Shown one piece after another: positions 63,090-64,000 of a stretch of DNA of 64,000 nt (position 1 is its first letter; every line of letters begins with the position of its first letter). Position numbers and translations under genes: made by a program. This DNA is from a bacterium (lineage in GTDB: Bacteria > UBA8248). The stretch lies in assembly GCA_965213685.1 (NCBI GenBank), contig CBDBZY010000064.1, forward strand, positions 736,001-800,000, in the 5' to 3' direction. The notes under the pieces are model-generated. The model made no database searches. It had not been told where the DNA came from and was given only the letters and a program-made list of their open reading frames with translations.

Positions 63090-63335
63090 ATAACTAAATT
63101 TGAGTTAGCCTGTTTATCAGGCTGGATGTACTGTATATGCGTTTCCTTGTTTGCCTTACCTTGCCTACATTACCTTAGATTTGAACCCAGCCTGCTGGGC
63201 TGCCTTGGTAGCTCAGTTGGCAGAGCACTGGACTAGTAACCCAGTGGTCACGGGTTCAAATCCCATCTGAGGCAGCTCGGTGTTTTTTTCACTGTCTGCC
63301 TTCGGACCTTGCCTTCCTTTGCATGTACATGTACA
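63090..63335 (+). mobile_element. Full-length tRNA(Thr AGT)-related repeat (family A) inserted in the pseudogene
   Basis: ggtagctcagttggcagagcactggactagtaacccagtggtcacgggttcaaatccc core with ~110 bp of conserved upstream sequence shared with 49851-50127. Confidence 0.85.
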
Positions 63336-64000
63336 TACTAGACATTGTCACTCATCTTCAGCGTGCCCTGCCTTGCAAAGTTCAGATATCCATCTAACAC
63401 AGAGCAACTGTCAGAGGTTGGGAATGAGAAAGATGTTTGCAATGAAGCAGAGTACTCTTAAGATCTCTGTGGTTGCAAAACTGAAGAATCGGATACTTTG
63501 CTTGATATTCTACTCAATGAGAACCTCTACAGCCAGCATGCATCATTTGTACTGACCAATACTGGTAGGGCTCTCCAGAGGTACACAAGAAGTATTGCAG
63601 AAAGTTCAGTTGTACTTGGTGTCGGGCAACGACTGGTGCAGATCAGCAGTTGCAAACATTTTCCAGAACACTCTCAACAGTGTTGTTCATCATGGATGTG
63701 AACAAATAGGTATTGCATTAACCAACAAATGTATGTAACAATTAAGGGTGACCTTGAAATGGCAGTACACGAGGATTTTCTTGAGTAGGCAGTATTTGAT
63801 ATCCCTAGATATGCCACTGGTAAGATTTGAATCAGAGTATGTGGTAATTGGGAGGGAGGGAAGGAGAAAGGAAGGGAAGGAGGGAGAGAGAGAGAGAGGG
63901 AGGAAGGGAGGGAAGGAGGGAGGGATGAAAGAAGGGAGGGAGAGGGGGAGGGAGGGAGGGACAAGGGCAGGGGGTAGCAGTGTGTCAGTAGGGTCAAAGA

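Larger units (their letters stand above)
62160..63800 (+). pseudogene. Decayed sixth paralog of the CABIT-SAM family, broken by stops, frameshifts, a MITE and a SINE-like insertion
   Basis: LTLGELAK..; VEILDGF; EVVTMEDQTGVHYDIPLSSTI; IVEEGEILIL..GLACYSLTTNTEKVLSKECNGYF; after the inserts LDIVTHLQRALPCKVQI; all collinear with paralogs 1-5. Confidence 0.8.

Noticed and set aside
63200-63275. Possible functional tRNA-Thr(AGT) gene
   Set aside because: Embedded in a multi-copy ~245-bp repeat inserted in a pseudogene, with variable stems between copies

Overview
Eukaryotic (animal) genomic DNA with GT-AG introns, long (CA)n/(TG)n tracts and pervasive TACATGTA motifs; the overall style suggests a demosponge, but that is an inference. 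The main content is a ~51-kb cluster of five apparently intact paralogous genes plus one decayed copy. They encode ~780-915 aa proteins with the layout Pro-rich N-terminus, CABIT-like domain (THEMIS/GAREM family), a conserved ~60-aa extension, a Tyr/Pro-rich disordered linker, a coiled coil (four of five) and a SAM domain. All five intact genes share a phase-0 intron inside the start of the SAM domain. The window also holds a disrupted animal haem-peroxidase gene, several non-LTR retrotransposon relics, TAG...CTA palindromic mini-elements with 9-bp TSDs plus a RecQ-helicase relic (AcademH-like), two tRNA-related repeat families, a segmental duplication showing filled and empty sites of a 774-bp TIR element, and a modular (CA)n-jointed tandem array. 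Gene models and domain calls were made by eye; no database search was run.
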